NCBI GenBank assembly: GCA_963775685.1 | Contig: CAVZJV010000014.1 | Location: 1,856,001 to 1,920,000, forward strand | Reading direction: 5' to 3' | DNA length: 64,000 nucleotides | Origin: Candidatus Bathyarchaeota archaeon | GTDB taxonomy: Archaea; Thermoproteota; Bathyarchaeia; Bathyarchaeales; Bathycorpusculaceae | Shown here: one piece after another, positions 30,254 through 41,064 of the stretch | Position numbering within the stretch: the stretch's first letter is position 1 | How the letters are laid out: each line of letters begins with the position of its first letter | The notes under the pieces: model-generated | Database searches by the model: none | Told to the model about the DNA's origin: nothing | The model's input: the letters and a program-made list of their open reading frames with translations, nothing else | Made by a program: the position numbers and the translations under genes

Positions 30254-31450
30254 CTATTCGATGTCGCAGGTTTGAGTTGGGGAGGCGAGTCGTTTTAAGT
30301 CATCCGCGCCTTCAGCGTAGCCGGAAGCAACCAAGATGTCGCCCGCAGTAATTTTTGATTCTCCGCGTGGACGTATACATTTTTCATTTCTCTTTATGAC
30401 TAAGACCCACATTCCTGTTTCCTCATTCACACGTGCCTCTTTTAAGGATTTTCCAACTAGCGATGAATCCGCCGTTACACAAGCTTGCGTCACCGTTTCT
30501 TCTGCTTCTTTAATAGTTAACTTCAGAATAGGGTGCGGTTCGATCTCTCTTAATACAACCTCAGCCATGTCGGCGGCTGCGTCAGCAATCTTTTCTGTTG
30601 CAATGCCCAGCCGGATTAACCCTAGAAAGCCTGAAGCCTCCTCTTTCTTGAAGTCACTTGTTAACGCAAGCAACTCAAAATCCGTATGCAGCTGATCCAT
30701 CCGCTCTTCGAGCCCCTCTACTTCCTCTGCTAATTCTTTGCTATTCAGCATCAAGGACGAATATGCTAAGTCCATCATCAATTCGGAAGTATCCTTAAGT
30801 TCTACAAACCTTGAAACGATTTCTTCAAATTTAGCCCGCTTATCAGTATCTAGCATGGCGAGTTTGCCCTCAGCTAAGTTTTTGAATTCCTTAATTCCTA
30901 AGGGTGCACCCCGGGTGATCAGTATGTCGCCTTGAAACACGGTCTCTTCCTCTTTTGGGTTTAGTATCCAATCGTGGTTTCTGCGAATGGCTATAATGTC
31001 AACGCCCATCCGAGCCGCCAAATTGAGTTCACCGATGTTTTTTTTGATGATTTGCGAGTTTGGCTTCACGGTTACCTTCATTAGGTGTTCTTCGACTTTC
31101 TCAAAGATTTCGCCAACAATCGGGTGTACGCCAATGTTTCGGGTTACTATAGCTGCAATATCAGCTGCGGCGTCGGAAATTTTATCCACCGAAGCCGCTA
31201 CTATGGATACGCCGATGAGAGACTCAGCGTCCTTTGCGTCTCTTGCTGCGACCATTATTTCCATATCCAAAAGATATGACAGATAATCAACCCTGCTCTC
31301 CAAGGCAAGCACGTCTTCTGCAAGGTCCTTGTCGTTATATAAGGCAGAAGAGTAAGCTAAATCAATCATTAATTCAGAGAGATTCTTCATCTCAAGTAAC
31401 AATTCTCTGACGGGGATGGGTTTATATTCTATTTTTTCAAATTTAGGCAA
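30254..31450 (-). CDS. Duplicated PhoU-like/TrkA-C (RCK_C) transport regulator
   Basis: Two repeats of K..SELM.DLAYSS plus TrkA-C (IIAIRR, VLVIKR). Confidence 0.88.
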   Translation of the reverse strand: MPKFEKIEYKPIPVRELLLEMKNLSELMIDLAYSSALYNDKDLAEDVLALESRVDYLSYLLDMEIMVAARDAKDAESLIGVSIVAASVDKISDAAADIAAIVTRNIGVHPIVGEIFEKVEEHLMKVTVKPNSQIIKKNIGELNLAARMGVDIIAIRRNHDWILNPKEEETVFQGDILITRGAPLGIKEFKNLAEGKLAMLDTDKRAKFEEIVSRFVELKDTSELMMDLAYSSLMLNSKELAEEVEGLEERMDQLHTDFELLALTSDFKKEEASGFLGLIRLGIATEKIADAAADMAEVVLREIEPHPILKLTIKEAEETVTQACVTADSSLVGKSLKEARVNEETGMWVLVIKRNEKCIRPRGESKITAGDILVASGYAEGADDLKRLASPTQTCDIE

Positions 31451-31511
31451 TGTTGATGGAGCGCTCCATGGTTAAGATAAGGGTTCTTTGATATTTAATT
31501 TTGTCTTTAGC

Positions 31512-32711
31512 CTAAATGATTAAAACTAAAGCTACAAGAAGGGCAATGGTTGTTATGGTGTCGGCTAAAGAACTCCCGACAGGTATGACAAAGTTGTCAG
31601 GGTCTAAGCCTCTTTTGAATGTTACTATTGAAATTGCATAGGATAAAACCACGATGAAGAAAAAAGCGATTATGTTGGAAGCAAAAAGTATCAATAAAAT
31701 ATTGGAAACCGCCTGCAGAGAAAATATTCCATTCAACGCTAAAGATAACAATCCCAAGACCGAAAACAGCATAAGGGATGCAGTCCAAGCACTGAGAATG
31801 TTTTTGGAATGATTCTTAATCGATGAAAACGTGGGCGAAAGGACTCCTAATGCAAGTTTTGTAGTAGCAGCTGAGCCAACAACTAGTCCTACATCGCCCA
31901 TCATGTCAATTATGGCTGGATAAACAGTGTAGATTATCTTACGGCCATCCGCTATTATATTTATTCCTTTAAGCACCGTTCCAGCTATGTTTGCCATAAA
32001 AGCAACTAAAAACATCGTTGGCAACGATTCTTTAAGGATTTTTAAAAACTCTGTTTCCCGTCCAACCTTTGGAATTATTATTAAGACTAATGATACATCA
32101 ATGAGTCCAAAGGCTATTATCATCCACTTGCCAAATGAACCTGAAAAATAAAGATTCAGTACAATAGTATATAGTAATGTTATTACGATGTCAGCAATGG
32201 TTGAAGTAGCAGGGTAAAGAATTGTGTCAGGGTCTAGACTTTTCTTAAACGAGAAAAAAGTAATTTTTATTGAAATTAATGTAGTTAGCAACCCCAAGGA
32301 AAGGGTTGCAACCATAACTGTCAAAATAGCTGGAAACTCTGTTATGGTTATTCCCCAAAACAAGCTACCGAAAATCAACGAAATCGCGCTTATGGTTGTG
32401 CTTGTCGCCAATGACAATACGACAATTCCTCCAATTAGCCTATAAAAACTCTTTGAGTTCCCAAAGAACTTAGGAGAAACTGTTCCTAAATGCAACGCCG
32501 TGCTCAACCGGCCTGTAAGCAAACCTGTCATAACGCCCTTCACGCTTACAACTGCTGGGTATAACGCTATCGCCCAGGGTGACAATTGAAAAATGCCCAG
32601 CTCTAATGCAATCGCAAAACCAGCAATTAAACCGCCGACGTCAAAAAGACATGCAAGTGTGGTCTCTTTGAACATTCCAAAGAAACTTTTAGAGAGACCA
32701 GCATGAGTGAT
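31512..32711 (-). CDS. MgtE/SLC41-type divalent cation transporter membrane domain
   Basis: RLSTALHLG, LDPD(T/N) twice, about 11 TM segments; ATG at 32675, possible ATC start at 32711. Confidence 0.85.
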   Translation of the reverse strand: MTHAGLSKSFFGMFKETTLACLFDVGGLIAGFAIALELGIFQLSPWAIALYPAVVSVKGVMTGLLTGRLSTALHLGTVSPKFFGNSKSFYRLIGGIVVLSLATSTTISAISLIFGSLFWGITITEFPAILTVMVATLSLGLLTTLISIKITFFSFKKSLDPDTILYPATSTIADIVITLLYTIVLNLYFSGSFGKWMIIAFGLIDVSLVLIIIPKVGRETEFLKILKESLPTMFLVAFMANIAGTVLKGINIIADGRKIIYTVYPAIIDMMGDVGLVVGSAATTKLALGVLSPTFSSIKNHSKNILSAWTASLMLFSVLGLLSLALNGIFSLQAVSNILLILFASNIIAFFFIVVLSYAISIVTFKRGLDPDNFVIPVGSSLADTITTIALLVALVLII

Positions 32712-32972
32712 CTTGGCAGCCTCCTAGCACCTGTAAATTTTTAGGTTGGAGAATTTGCATATCCAAGGCTTCATTTGAAGGCTCTGGGTGTTCATCATAT
32801 CTAGTGAAGTTGATGCTGTAACCGCTTTGGTCGAATTCGGAGAGTTGTGGACTCCATTCATCTTTTGTGCCTCCAAGACTGTTTTGGCGGTCCACGTCAC
32901 CAAACGCTGTGTTTGCGGGCTGCCAAAGCCGCTTTTTACTGCCTGTTAAAGTTTTTGAAAGACAACTATTGC

Positions 32973-35051
32973 TTAAAGGGTTTTTGGTTGATAGACGCAC
33001 CAAGGGTCCTCAGTTAAATAATCACTTTTTACCTCGACTGGTACATGCAAATCCCCACAATAATCGATGAAGTCACTTGAAAGTCCATAAGCCCGTGCAC
33101 GGCATCCGCCACATAAGGCGCGGTATTCGCACTCTCTGCATTTGCCCTTAAGGGAGTTGGGGTCACGGAGAGCTTTGAATATGGGTGAATCAAACCAGAT
33201 TTCTTTGAAGCTTTTTTCCCTCACGTTCCCAAGCTTTATTGGCAAATAGGGGCAAGGTGTGACGTCACCGTTGGGGTAGATGCGGCAGTAGTATAAGCCT
33301 GCCAAGCAACCGCGGATCCATTGTCTCATGTCTAAACCCATGCCTTTGGCGATGCGCATAAACTGGGGAGCACATGAGGGTCTTACGTTTAGCTTGTGTT
33401 TTGCAACTTTTGCGAAGGTTTTTGTTATCATGTCTTCGTATTTTTGGGGCGAAATATCTTCTAGTTTGGTGCCACGACCTGTTGGAACAAGGAAGAACAT
33501 GTGAAAATTTTCAACGCCAATTTCCTCCGCTAAACTCATGATGTCGTCGATTTGGTTATAGTTCTGCTGAGTTAGCGTAGTATTCACTTGGACGAGCACG
33601 TTATTTTTCCTTAGTGATTTGCAGGCGTTAACTGCTTTTTCCCATGCCCCCACAACACCTCGGAACTCGTCGTGTTGAGCGGGAATATGAGAGTCTAAGC
33701 TGATTGAAACTGTCGCTATACCCGCTGCCTTAAGTTTAGCCGCTACGATATCGTCGATGAAGCTTCCGTTGCTTCCCAACCCCATCTTCAAACTCTTAGA
33801 TGCGCCATATTGGATAAGTTCATAGATGTCTGGGCGTAGGAGAGGTTCGCCGCCGCTTAGTATAAGCAGAGGTTTGCTAACTTGGCAAATTTGGTCCATT
33901 AGGTTTTTGCCCTCTTGAGTGGACAGTTCATCGGTTAGTTTCTTATCTGTGGCGTTAATGTAGCAGTGGCTGCATTTCATGTTACACTCTCTGGTTACGT
34001 TCCATGACATGACCAGGGGAACAAACGGTTCCGATGTCTTTGCTTCTGGTGAATGTGCAAGTTTTAGGTAGAACTCACAGTTGCCGTGCGTTGCTATAAG
34101 TTTAGGTTGCCACAGCGTGAAGGGGAAGGGCAAAACTGTGTCCAGCATGGCTTTGGCGTGTGCAAAACAGAAGTGAGAACAGAACAGCGCCGAAACCTTG
34201 TCGCTTACGCCGTATTTTTCAGCGGCATACTTGTGGCTTCCATAAATTGGGCAATTTAAAAATTCCATATTTCCATCAAGGGTTTCGTTGCTCATAGTCA
34301 TGTTGATGAAGTGGTCGCTTAGCATGACTGACTGCAGTTTTTCTCGGCGCATACCAACTTTAAGCGTTACATCAAGGGCTATGCTGACCGTCTCTCGACC
34401 GAACTTGTCCTGCACTCGCGCCATCGCTTCCTCCAGTGCTTGAACCCCGCTGGTTTTGGCTAGTTCAGCCGTAACCAACATGCCTTTGATTGTTTCGTAC
34501 TCTTGGATAAGCCGCACCCTAATGATTTGCACTGCCCATGCCTCAAACAGCTTTTCAAACGCCTTACAAGCATTTTGGTCATTGTTGTTTAGCAGGGTTT
34601 CGACTTTGCTGTTTTCTTGTTTCAGCTTGTTAAAAAGAGCTATTTTCTCTTCTGACACTAATCTTTTGCTTGAAGCAATTCCCTCAAAATCCATGTGGGA
34701 AACTGCTTTTTTGGTGAGTTCTTTGGCGTCAGACTCAAAATCGGCGTAAATCTTACATAACTTCGCTGAAACATCAGGCAACTCATTCTTCAACTCTTTA
34801 AGGAGCACTTGGGTTTCCGACTCCATCTTGGTAACCATAGCCATATGGTACAAAAGCGAACCAGCCATACCTGGGTCAGCTTGTTTGCCCCCCATTGCCC
34901 CGGGGAAAATTTGGTTAAACAACCGCTTTGCCAAATCAAAATCTTGGTTCTCGATGGCGGATTGGGCTTCGCTGAGTTTTTGTCGGCGACCAAGTAAGAG
35001 TTGAGCCCATTTATGGCAATGCCTAACATCAAAGTTTGTGACTGTATCCAC
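32973..35051 (-). CDS. Radical SAM/SPASM protein (AhbD/NirJ-like) with ~340-aa N-terminal extension
   Basis: WNVTRECNMKCSHC, SGGEPL, PSCAPQF, GCLAG..YC, KCRECEYRALCGGCRARA, EDPWC. Confidence 0.88.
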   Translation of the reverse strand: MDTVTNFDVRHCHKWAQLLLGRRQKLSEAQSAIENQDFDLAKRLFNQIFPGAMGGKQADPGMAGSLLYHMAMVTKMESETQVLLKELKNELPDVSAKLCKIYADFESDAKELTKKAVSHMDFEGIASSKRLVSEEKIALFNKLKQENSKVETLLNNNDQNACKAFEKLFEAWAVQIIRVRLIQEYETIKGMLVTAELAKTSGVQALEEAMARVQDKFGRETVSIALDVTLKVGMRREKLQSVMLSDHFINMTMSNETLDGNMEFLNCPIYGSHKYAAEKYGVSDKVSALFCSHFCFAHAKAMLDTVLPFPFTLWQPKLIATHGNCEFYLKLAHSPEAKTSEPFVPLVMSWNVTRECNMKCSHCYINATDKKLTDELSTQEGKNLMDQICQVSKPLLILSGGEPLLRPDIYELIQYGASKSLKMGLGSNGSFIDDIVAAKLKAAGIATVSISLDSHIPAQHDEFRGVVGAWEKAVNACKSLRKNNVLVQVNTTLTQQNYNQIDDIMSLAEEIGVENFHMFFLVPTGRGTKLEDISPQKYEDMITKTFAKVAKHKLNVRPSCAPQFMRIAKGMGLDMRQWIRGCLAGLYYCRIYPNGDVTPCPYLPIKLGNVREKSFKEIWFDSPIFKALRDPNSLKGKCRECEYRALCGGCRARAYGLSSDFIDYCGDLHVPVEVKSDYLTEDPWCVYQPKTL

Positions 35052-35167
35052 GCCCTTAAGGCTAAGATTCGCTGTTGAGAGTAATAAAAGCTAGCGGTAC
35101 TCAAGCAGCTTTAGTAATAATGTATCTTTAACTCTGTTGAAGTTTCGATAGCCTAATTAAGCTCTAA

Positions 35168-35494
35168 ATGGAACATAGCCAGCTTAGATGGGTGAACCGT
35201 GTGGATCTAAACTTCAATTTAATTTACGCTTTAGTTGGCTTCCTAATCATGTTAGGTATGCTTGGCGGCATCGGCATCAACAAGCCTCGTGGAATGAGCG
35301 TTAAAATGTGGTGCGTAGGCTACTTGGCAGTCGCGTTAGGTTTTGACGCATTAGCTGTTGTAGGACTAGTTGGGGGATATACTTGGTTGACTTATTTGCT
35401 TGTCGGACTCTCAGCGGGCGCAGCAACAGGCTTAGCATTGCACGTCATGCACCACATCAACGAAGAAGATGCACACCCAACCTTCATGAGCTAA
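35168..35494 (+). CDS. Small three-TM membrane protein
   Basis: Three hydrophobic stretches; His-rich tail; start may be GTG 35192. Confidence 0.7.
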   Translation: MEHSQLRWVNRVDLNFNLIYALVGFLIMLGMLGGIGINKPRGMSVKMWCVGYLAVALGFDALAVVGLVGGYTWLTYLLVGLSAGAATGLALHVMHHINEEDAHPTFMS

Positions 35495-35586
35495 ACACTC
35501 ACTTTTTCTAATACTATATTCTTAACGTCCAGCAAAGATTCTATATAGTTATTCAGCGCTAACTAACAAACAGTTGTGAAGGAAAG

Positions 35587-36349
35587 ATGCGAAAAATAAT
35601 TGTTGCTGCCTTAACAGCAATCCTAATAATCGTAGTCAGAGGATACTCGGCTGGATCTACTTTAGGTAACCAAAACCCAGCAGACACAAAACCCACTACT
35701 CCTTCAGTGGAACAAATCCGAGACCAAACCATGCTCTCTCTACATTTGGTCTACTATCCTGATACCTTGCCGCTTATGCCAGGACCTCAACTGGAGCGGT
35801 GGTAGACAAGAAACTGGGTCAGTCGGCTCAGAAAAATATGCATACTGTAACGGAAATTGGGCAATCAAAATTCAGTATCCTGTTGCGCCTATCCCAATTT
35901 ATGACGTAACAACTAATTTTACTTCGGAAAACACAGTGGTTGCATGGAGTGGAACCTACCAAAACGATATGCTAACAGAAACAAACAGCGTACTGGACGT
36001 AACCCATTTCGTTGCTTTTACTCAGGAGCAGGTTAGGGCTTTATCGGTGTCTTATATCAAAGACAAACCACCCTCAACCGCGCAGTACATGAATAGCCTC
36101 ATGTGGACAGGCGGAAGAATGGACATCGGCATGATGCTTGGTTCAGATATTTATTCCTACCAGAGTTCAGGGTGGAACCAAATGCTGCAGTACCCCGTTG
36201 TACCAAACCCCATCTACCGTATAACGGTCCAGTACGAGCCGTTGCAATCGTATTTTGCACAAACCTCTTCGGCAAGAGCCATTGTATTATGGCAGGGCCC
36301 TATGCACAACGGAACCATACACCAAACCGCCTACAACTTCAACCCCTAA
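35587..36349 (+). CDS. Secreted two-repeat protein, split by +1 frameshift near 35780
   Basis: Signal peptide; shifted frame reads DLNWSGGRQETG..GSEKYAY...W..QYPVAPIPIY, which repeats as WTGGR...GSDIYSY..GW..QYPVVPNPIY. Confidence 0.7.
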
Positions 36350-36388
36350 CACTCAAGCTGAATAGAAGAGTTAACCTGTAGGCGATTG

Positions 36389-37363
36389 TTAGAAAGTTGA
36401 TATGAACTCTCTTTGAAGCGGCCAAACAGTAAATAACCTATTTACTCCAACTTCCATTTTCATTAATCCCGGCAAACTTGCAATCTGTTCTTGGGTATCT
36501 ATAAACTGATTGATGTCTTTTATCATAAAACTGAATGTATAATCAAAGTTGCCGCTTGATTTAGTTATGAAATTTATGTCCTGTATTTTGGACAGAATTT
36601 CGGTGTTACGTTCCAATGTTTCATGAGAAAATGATACATAAAAAATTGCATACGCATAATATCCAATCTTAGTTGGATTTATCTGAATTACAACTTTGAG
36701 GTCTCTATTTTCCTTTAGTCTCTCATACCTTCTAACAACAGTGTCGGTTGAAACACCCAACGGCTTAGCAATCTTTTCAAAAGATATGTGGCCGTCTATT
36801 GCTAGTTTCTCTATAATCTTTGTGTCAATGTTGTCAATCTTTGTTTCGACCTTTTTTTCAGGTAAGATTTCCTTTCTGAAGACCGTTTTGGATTCTTGTT
36901 CTTGGGTGTTAAGAATTGACAGGTTCTCTGGCGTGGTTCTTGTACCTATCCACACCCTCACATCAGTTGCGAGGATAAAAGGCAACCGCTGGATTGAGTG
37001 TTTAGCCTCTTCTAGTTCTTCAATGCTCTTCAAAATTGCCACCGCAGCAACCGTTTGATTTACAACTCGGGAGTAGACGTGAAAAACGTGCGGTATTCTC
37101 TTAACAGACGTAATAGCGCAGTCTAATTTACCGCGCTGAAAATTAATGAGAATAGTTGCAACGAATTTGCCCAGATAACAAGTGTAACTGTTTTGAATTG
37201 TTGCTCCAACGATTATGCCTTTTTTCTCCATTTGTTTATAACGTTTGGAAATAACATCTTTTGTTGTGTTGCATTTTGGCGCGATTTCTGCAAAGGTCTT
37301 TCGTCCATCTATTAGAAGTTCCTTTAGGATTTTTTTGTCGATTTCGTCAATTACGGGCTTCAT
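36389..37363 (-). CDS. Tandem-domain Lrp/AsnC transcriptional regulator
   Basis: Two HTH_AsnC (IDEIDKKILKELLIDGR; IDNIDTKIIEKLAIDG) plus RAM domains; ends WP....ISTF. Confidence 0.9.
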   Translation of the reverse strand: MKPVIDEIDKKILKELLIDGRKTFAEIAPKCNTTKDVISKRYKQMEKKGIIVGATIQNSYTCYLGKFVATILINFQRGKLDCAITSVKRIPHVFHVYSRVVNQTVAAVAILKSIEELEEAKHSIQRLPFILATDVRVWIGTRTTPENLSILNTQEQESKTVFRKEILPEKKVETKIDNIDTKIIEKLAIDGHISFEKIAKPLGVSTDTVVRRYERLKENRDLKVVIQINPTKIGYYAYAIFYVSFSHETLERNTEILSKIQDINFITKSSGNFDYTFSFMIKDINQFIDTQEQIASLPGLMKMEVGVNRLFTVWPLQREFISTF

Positions 37364-37575
37364 GACTGCTCTTATCGTTTTTACCTGCTTAATTAATTTA
37401 TTCTATTGACATCCTAAATAAATGGGCAAAAGATGCAAAATCCACATTAGTGGAAATAAATCTGTTTTATTTTCTACTTTTAAGGGTTTTGTCGTTGAAA
37501 ATGCTGAAAATAGGAAAAGCCTAAATAACTTGGCCGTTATCCTTTTTTTTTACAAAACATATAGGAAGGAAAAAC

Positions 37576-40416
37576 TTGAAAAACTTTAGTAAAACAGCAG
37601 CAATAGCAATTGCGATATTATTGACAATTTCAATAGGAACTTCAATGATTCTAATACCTCAAGCGAACGCCCACAACCCGGGCTACCAGATTCCAACGTT
37701 TGCTTACATTGCCGTTCATCCTGACCCAATCGGTGTTGGCCAGACAGTTAACGTTTTCATGTGGCTCAACCAAATCTTCGGAGTAGGCTTGGGTGACTCA
37801 AGCAGCTATGCACTACTATCCAACAACTACAGATTCCACAACTACAATTTCACTGTCGTTGCTCCAGACGGCACTGTTAAAACGACAATTTTCGAAACTG
37901 TTTCAGACACTACATCAAACCAAATAACAAGTTTCACACCCGACCAAACTGGTACATACACGTTAATATTTAGTTTCCCAGGACAAACATACACAGCAAG
38001 CAACGGTAATCCCAACAGTGCAATTGTCAACGACACATATCTGCCAAGCAGCGCAACAACAACACTTACTGTTCAATCAGAAGCAGTACCTGCCGCTATA
38101 GGTAGCTCACCATTGCCAACCGCTTACTGGACACGTCCAATCTACGGCGAAAACACTGACTGGTGGACTATATCCTCAAACTGGCTAGGCGCAGGCTCAG
38201 CGGTTAACCCCGCAGTAGGTTCAGGCGTGGTCTCTGCTTTCTCTACAGGTCCCCCACAAAACTCGTGGGGAGCAATCATGAGTCGAAATCCAGGTGACGC
38301 TATAGGATCCCTGTCTAGCCACGTAATTTGGACTAAGCCGATTCAAAGTGGTGGAGTCGTCGGAGGCAACATGTACTATGATGGTGGTGGATATCCAGGA
38401 ACAGGTCAAGGTGTTGGCTACTACGAAGGCACTGCATACGAGCAACGATACATTAACCCGATAATCATGGACGGTATACTCTACTACATGGCACCATTAG
38501 GATTCGATGCTCCAAGCTATGGACCATTGACCGCCCTTAATCTGCAAACTGGAGAAGTTGTTTGGACCAGCAATACATTGCCAGCGCCATCATTCGGATA
38601 CATATACAACCTCTGGGACCCTGACGAACACGGAACCTTCCCACCAATACTTATTTGCCCACTCGGATCTACATGGGAAATGGTCGATGGATTCACTGGA
38701 ACCGTACTGTTTAACGTGACTGGTGTTCCATCAGGCTACGTGGCAGCAGGCCCATCAGGCGAACAACTAAGATACGTCTTACAGAACAAAGGTACAACCG
38801 CAAACCCGAACTGGTACTTGGCAGAATGGAATTCATCAAGAATTTGGCAATACGACATTAACCCATTCACAGGTGCAGGAAGTGTTTCACCAGCAATCAT
38901 CAATGCAAGCACCGCATCATCATTAGTTACAATATTTCCAGCTTCCAACCAAGCAGCCGCTCAAAATACGCTCATTGTCCAAGCAAACGTAGGATTTGAC
39001 ACCATTGTACCAGGTACACTTTTGGACTCAACAAGGTATCCCTCAGAATGCACTTATGACTGGAACGTTTCAATACCCGAACTGAACAACCCAGGCGGAT
39101 CATCACCTTCAGTAATTGCAGGAATGTACAACAACGTTTTGATGACCTTGAACGGAACTCTACCAGCATCGCCAAGCAGCTTTAACGGAGCAGGCAGCTA
39201 TACACCTTACACCTACATGGCATTCGACCTAACCAACGGCCATGAAGGGGCATTTAAATGGATAAACACACTGCAACCAGTACCAGGCAACGTCACCGTT
39301 TACTACGCCGGAGTCGACCCGACAACTAACGTCTTCATAGAAGAAAACTATGAAACCTTGAATTGGGTTGGATACAGCCTGTTAACAGGACAAAAGATAT
39401 GGGGTCCAACTCCAGCTATGGAGTCGCTTGACTACTATGGTCAAACAGCGCCAAACGAATTCTGCGGTCAACTCGCCTTTGGTAACCTATACACAAGCGC
39501 ATTCGGCGGCACAGTATACTGCTACGATGATTCAACTGGAGAGCTAAAATGGACATATGGTAACGGTGGCGCAGGCAACAGCACTTTGGCAGGATTTAAC
39601 ACACCCTACGGCGATTATCCGACATTCATCCAAGCAGTTGGCAGCAATGGGGTGATTTACCTGGTTACAACAGAGCACACTGTAATCGACCCAATCTACA
39701 AAGGCGCAAAAGCACGAGCAATCAATGCCACAACAGGTGCAGAAATCTGGACAATTTCAGATTACACCAGCGAATTCACTCAAATGAGTTACATTATCGC
39801 AGATGGATATACAACGTTTTTCAACGGGTATGATGGACAAATCTACACTTTAGGCAGAGGACCAAGTCAAACGTCCGTTACAGCACCAAACGCAGGCTTA
39901 GACTCAGGACAGAGCGTAGTAATTCGCGGCATGGTCACAGATATTTCCACTGGCACAAAGCAGACTCAACAAGCAGCTGACTTCCCCAACGGCATTCCAG
40001 TTGCAGCAGACGCGATCATGGGTGACTGGATGGGCTATATCTACCAGCAGCAACCATTGCCAAGCAACTTCACAGGCGTTCAAGTAACAATTAACGTCAT
40101 CGACTCAAACGGCAACCAACGCACCATCGGCACAGCAACAACTGACAGCCAAGGAGTCTACACTCTAAGCTGGGCACCAGACATTCCAGGCGACTACAAA
40201 GTCATCGCAAACTTCGCAGGCACCAACAGCTACTGGCCATCAAGCGCTGAAACCTCATTCAACGTGATGGAAGCACACCCAACAGTCGCACCAACCACCC
40301 CACCACCACAATCAGCAGCTGACCTATACTTCGTTCCCGCAGTCGCAGGCTTATTCGTCCTGGTCATCATAGTATTAGCATTGCTAGTAGTTATGATGAT
40401 GAGAAAACGAGCATAG
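37576..40416 (+). CDS. Large membrane-anchored surface protein with PQQ-like beta-propeller
   Basis: Signal peptide, P.PIGVGQ Ig-like domain, TGE..W propeller repeats, C-terminal Ig-like domain, PT linker, TM helix, RKRA tail. Confidence 0.85.
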   Translation: MKNFSKTAAIAIAILLTISIGTSMILIPQANAHNPGYQIPTFAYIAVHPDPIGVGQTVNVFMWLNQIFGVGLGDSSSYALLSNNYRFHNYNFTVVAPDGTVKTTIFETVSDTTSNQITSFTPDQTGTYTLIFSFPGQTYTASNGNPNSAIVNDTYLPSSATTTLTVQSEAVPAAIGSSPLPTAYWTRPIYGENTDWWTISSNWLGAGSAVNPAVGSGVVSAFSTGPPQNSWGAIMSRNPGDAIGSLSSHVIWTKPIQSGGVVGGNMYYDGGGYPGTGQGVGYYEGTAYEQRYINPIIMDGILYYMAPLGFDAPSYGPLTALNLQTGEVVWTSNTLPAPSFGYIYNLWDPDEHGTFPPILICPLGSTWEMVDGFTGTVLFNVTGVPSGYVAAGPSGEQLRYVLQNKGTTANPNWYLAEWNSSRIWQYDINPFTGAGSVSPAIINASTASSLVTIFPASNQAAAQNTLIVQANVGFDTIVPGTLLDSTRYPSECTYDWNVSIPELNNPGGSSPSVIAGMYNNVLMTLNGTLPASPSSFNGAGSYTPYTYMAFDLTNGHEGAFKWINTLQPVPGNVTVYYAGVDPTTNVFIEENYETLNWVGYSLLTGQKIWGPTPAMESLDYYGQTAPNEFCGQLAFGNLYTSAFGGTVYCYDDSTGELKWTYGNGGAGNSTLAGFNTPYGDYPTFIQAVGSNGVIYLVTTEHTVIDPIYKGAKARAINATTGAEIWTISDYTSEFTQMSYIIADGYTTFFNGYDGQIYTLGRGPSQTSVTAPNAGLDSGQSVVIRGMVTDISTGTKQTQQAADFPNGIPVAADAIMGDWMGYIYQQQPLPSNFTGVQVTINVIDSNGNQRTIGTATTDSQGVYTLSWAPDIPGDYKVIANFAGTNSYWPSSAETSFNVMEAHPTVAPTTPPPQSAADLYFVPAVAGLFVLVIIVLALLVVMMMRKRA

Positions 40417-40489
40417 GAAAAGTCCATGAAAACAATTTCCCTTTCCCTTTTTTTAGTCTTAAAATCTTAAAATAATTTGGATAACTTGT

Positions 40490-40606
40490 GGGGGCTGAAT
40501 AGGCTCTGACTGTGTTTCACGATGCTTAGCCATAGTTTTCGTGATGGAGCGTTTTTGCATTTCGCTCTTTCTCCTTAAGCTTGGTCTAGAGCCTCAGCAA
40601 ACCCTT
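40490..40606 (-). ncRNA. Candidate structured ncRNA, copy 1
   Basis: Near-identical to 46072-46185; nested stems GCTGA/TCAGC, GGCTCT/AGAGCC, GCTTA/TAAGC, CCAT/ATGG, AGCG/CGCT; strand inferred from upstream TTAATA box. Confidence 0.55.
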
Positions 40607-41064
40607 ATGTATATCACTTAGAGCCAACCATATTAACCAATGCATATAGAAATGTAATCAACACTGCTTGAATTAGTGATTATCCATGAAATCATAATCT
40701 TAAATCCGAAATCTGCTAATACGACACCCAAAATATGCAAAGAGGTTTAAGAAGAAAAATGATAAACGTTGGAGAAACATATCTTATTGGTTTTTTCAAT
40801 TTATCTGAAATCTTTAGTGACACTATTTGAAGCAGTTGACGGACCAAGCTTAATCAACTCAAGATATCTCTGAACTGACTTATTCATAAAAACACCTATA
40901 GTGTGCCAGAAAGACTTCTGGAATAGCAAGATAGATGCGTACCGGCGTCATAATGCCATTATTGAATATAGCTTTCAAAGACTAAAATGTTTAGTCGGCA
41001 CCTTATAAAGAATTCAAGACTCATTAAAAATTTCTTAATTGTGTTTTTTCAGTAAAACGGTTTG

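Noticed and set aside
32689-33070. RiPP precursor peptide next to the SPASM enzyme
   Set aside because: The short ORFs overlap neighbouring genes and lack a clear SD or precursor pattern; the enzyme looks Ahb/NirJ-like
40466-40560. 30-aa peptide (MQKRSITKTMAKH...) with AAGGAG SD on the minus strand of the repeated element
   Set aside because: Copy 2 has two single-base deletions that change the frame. Not fully excluded given the indel errors elsewhere in the window.
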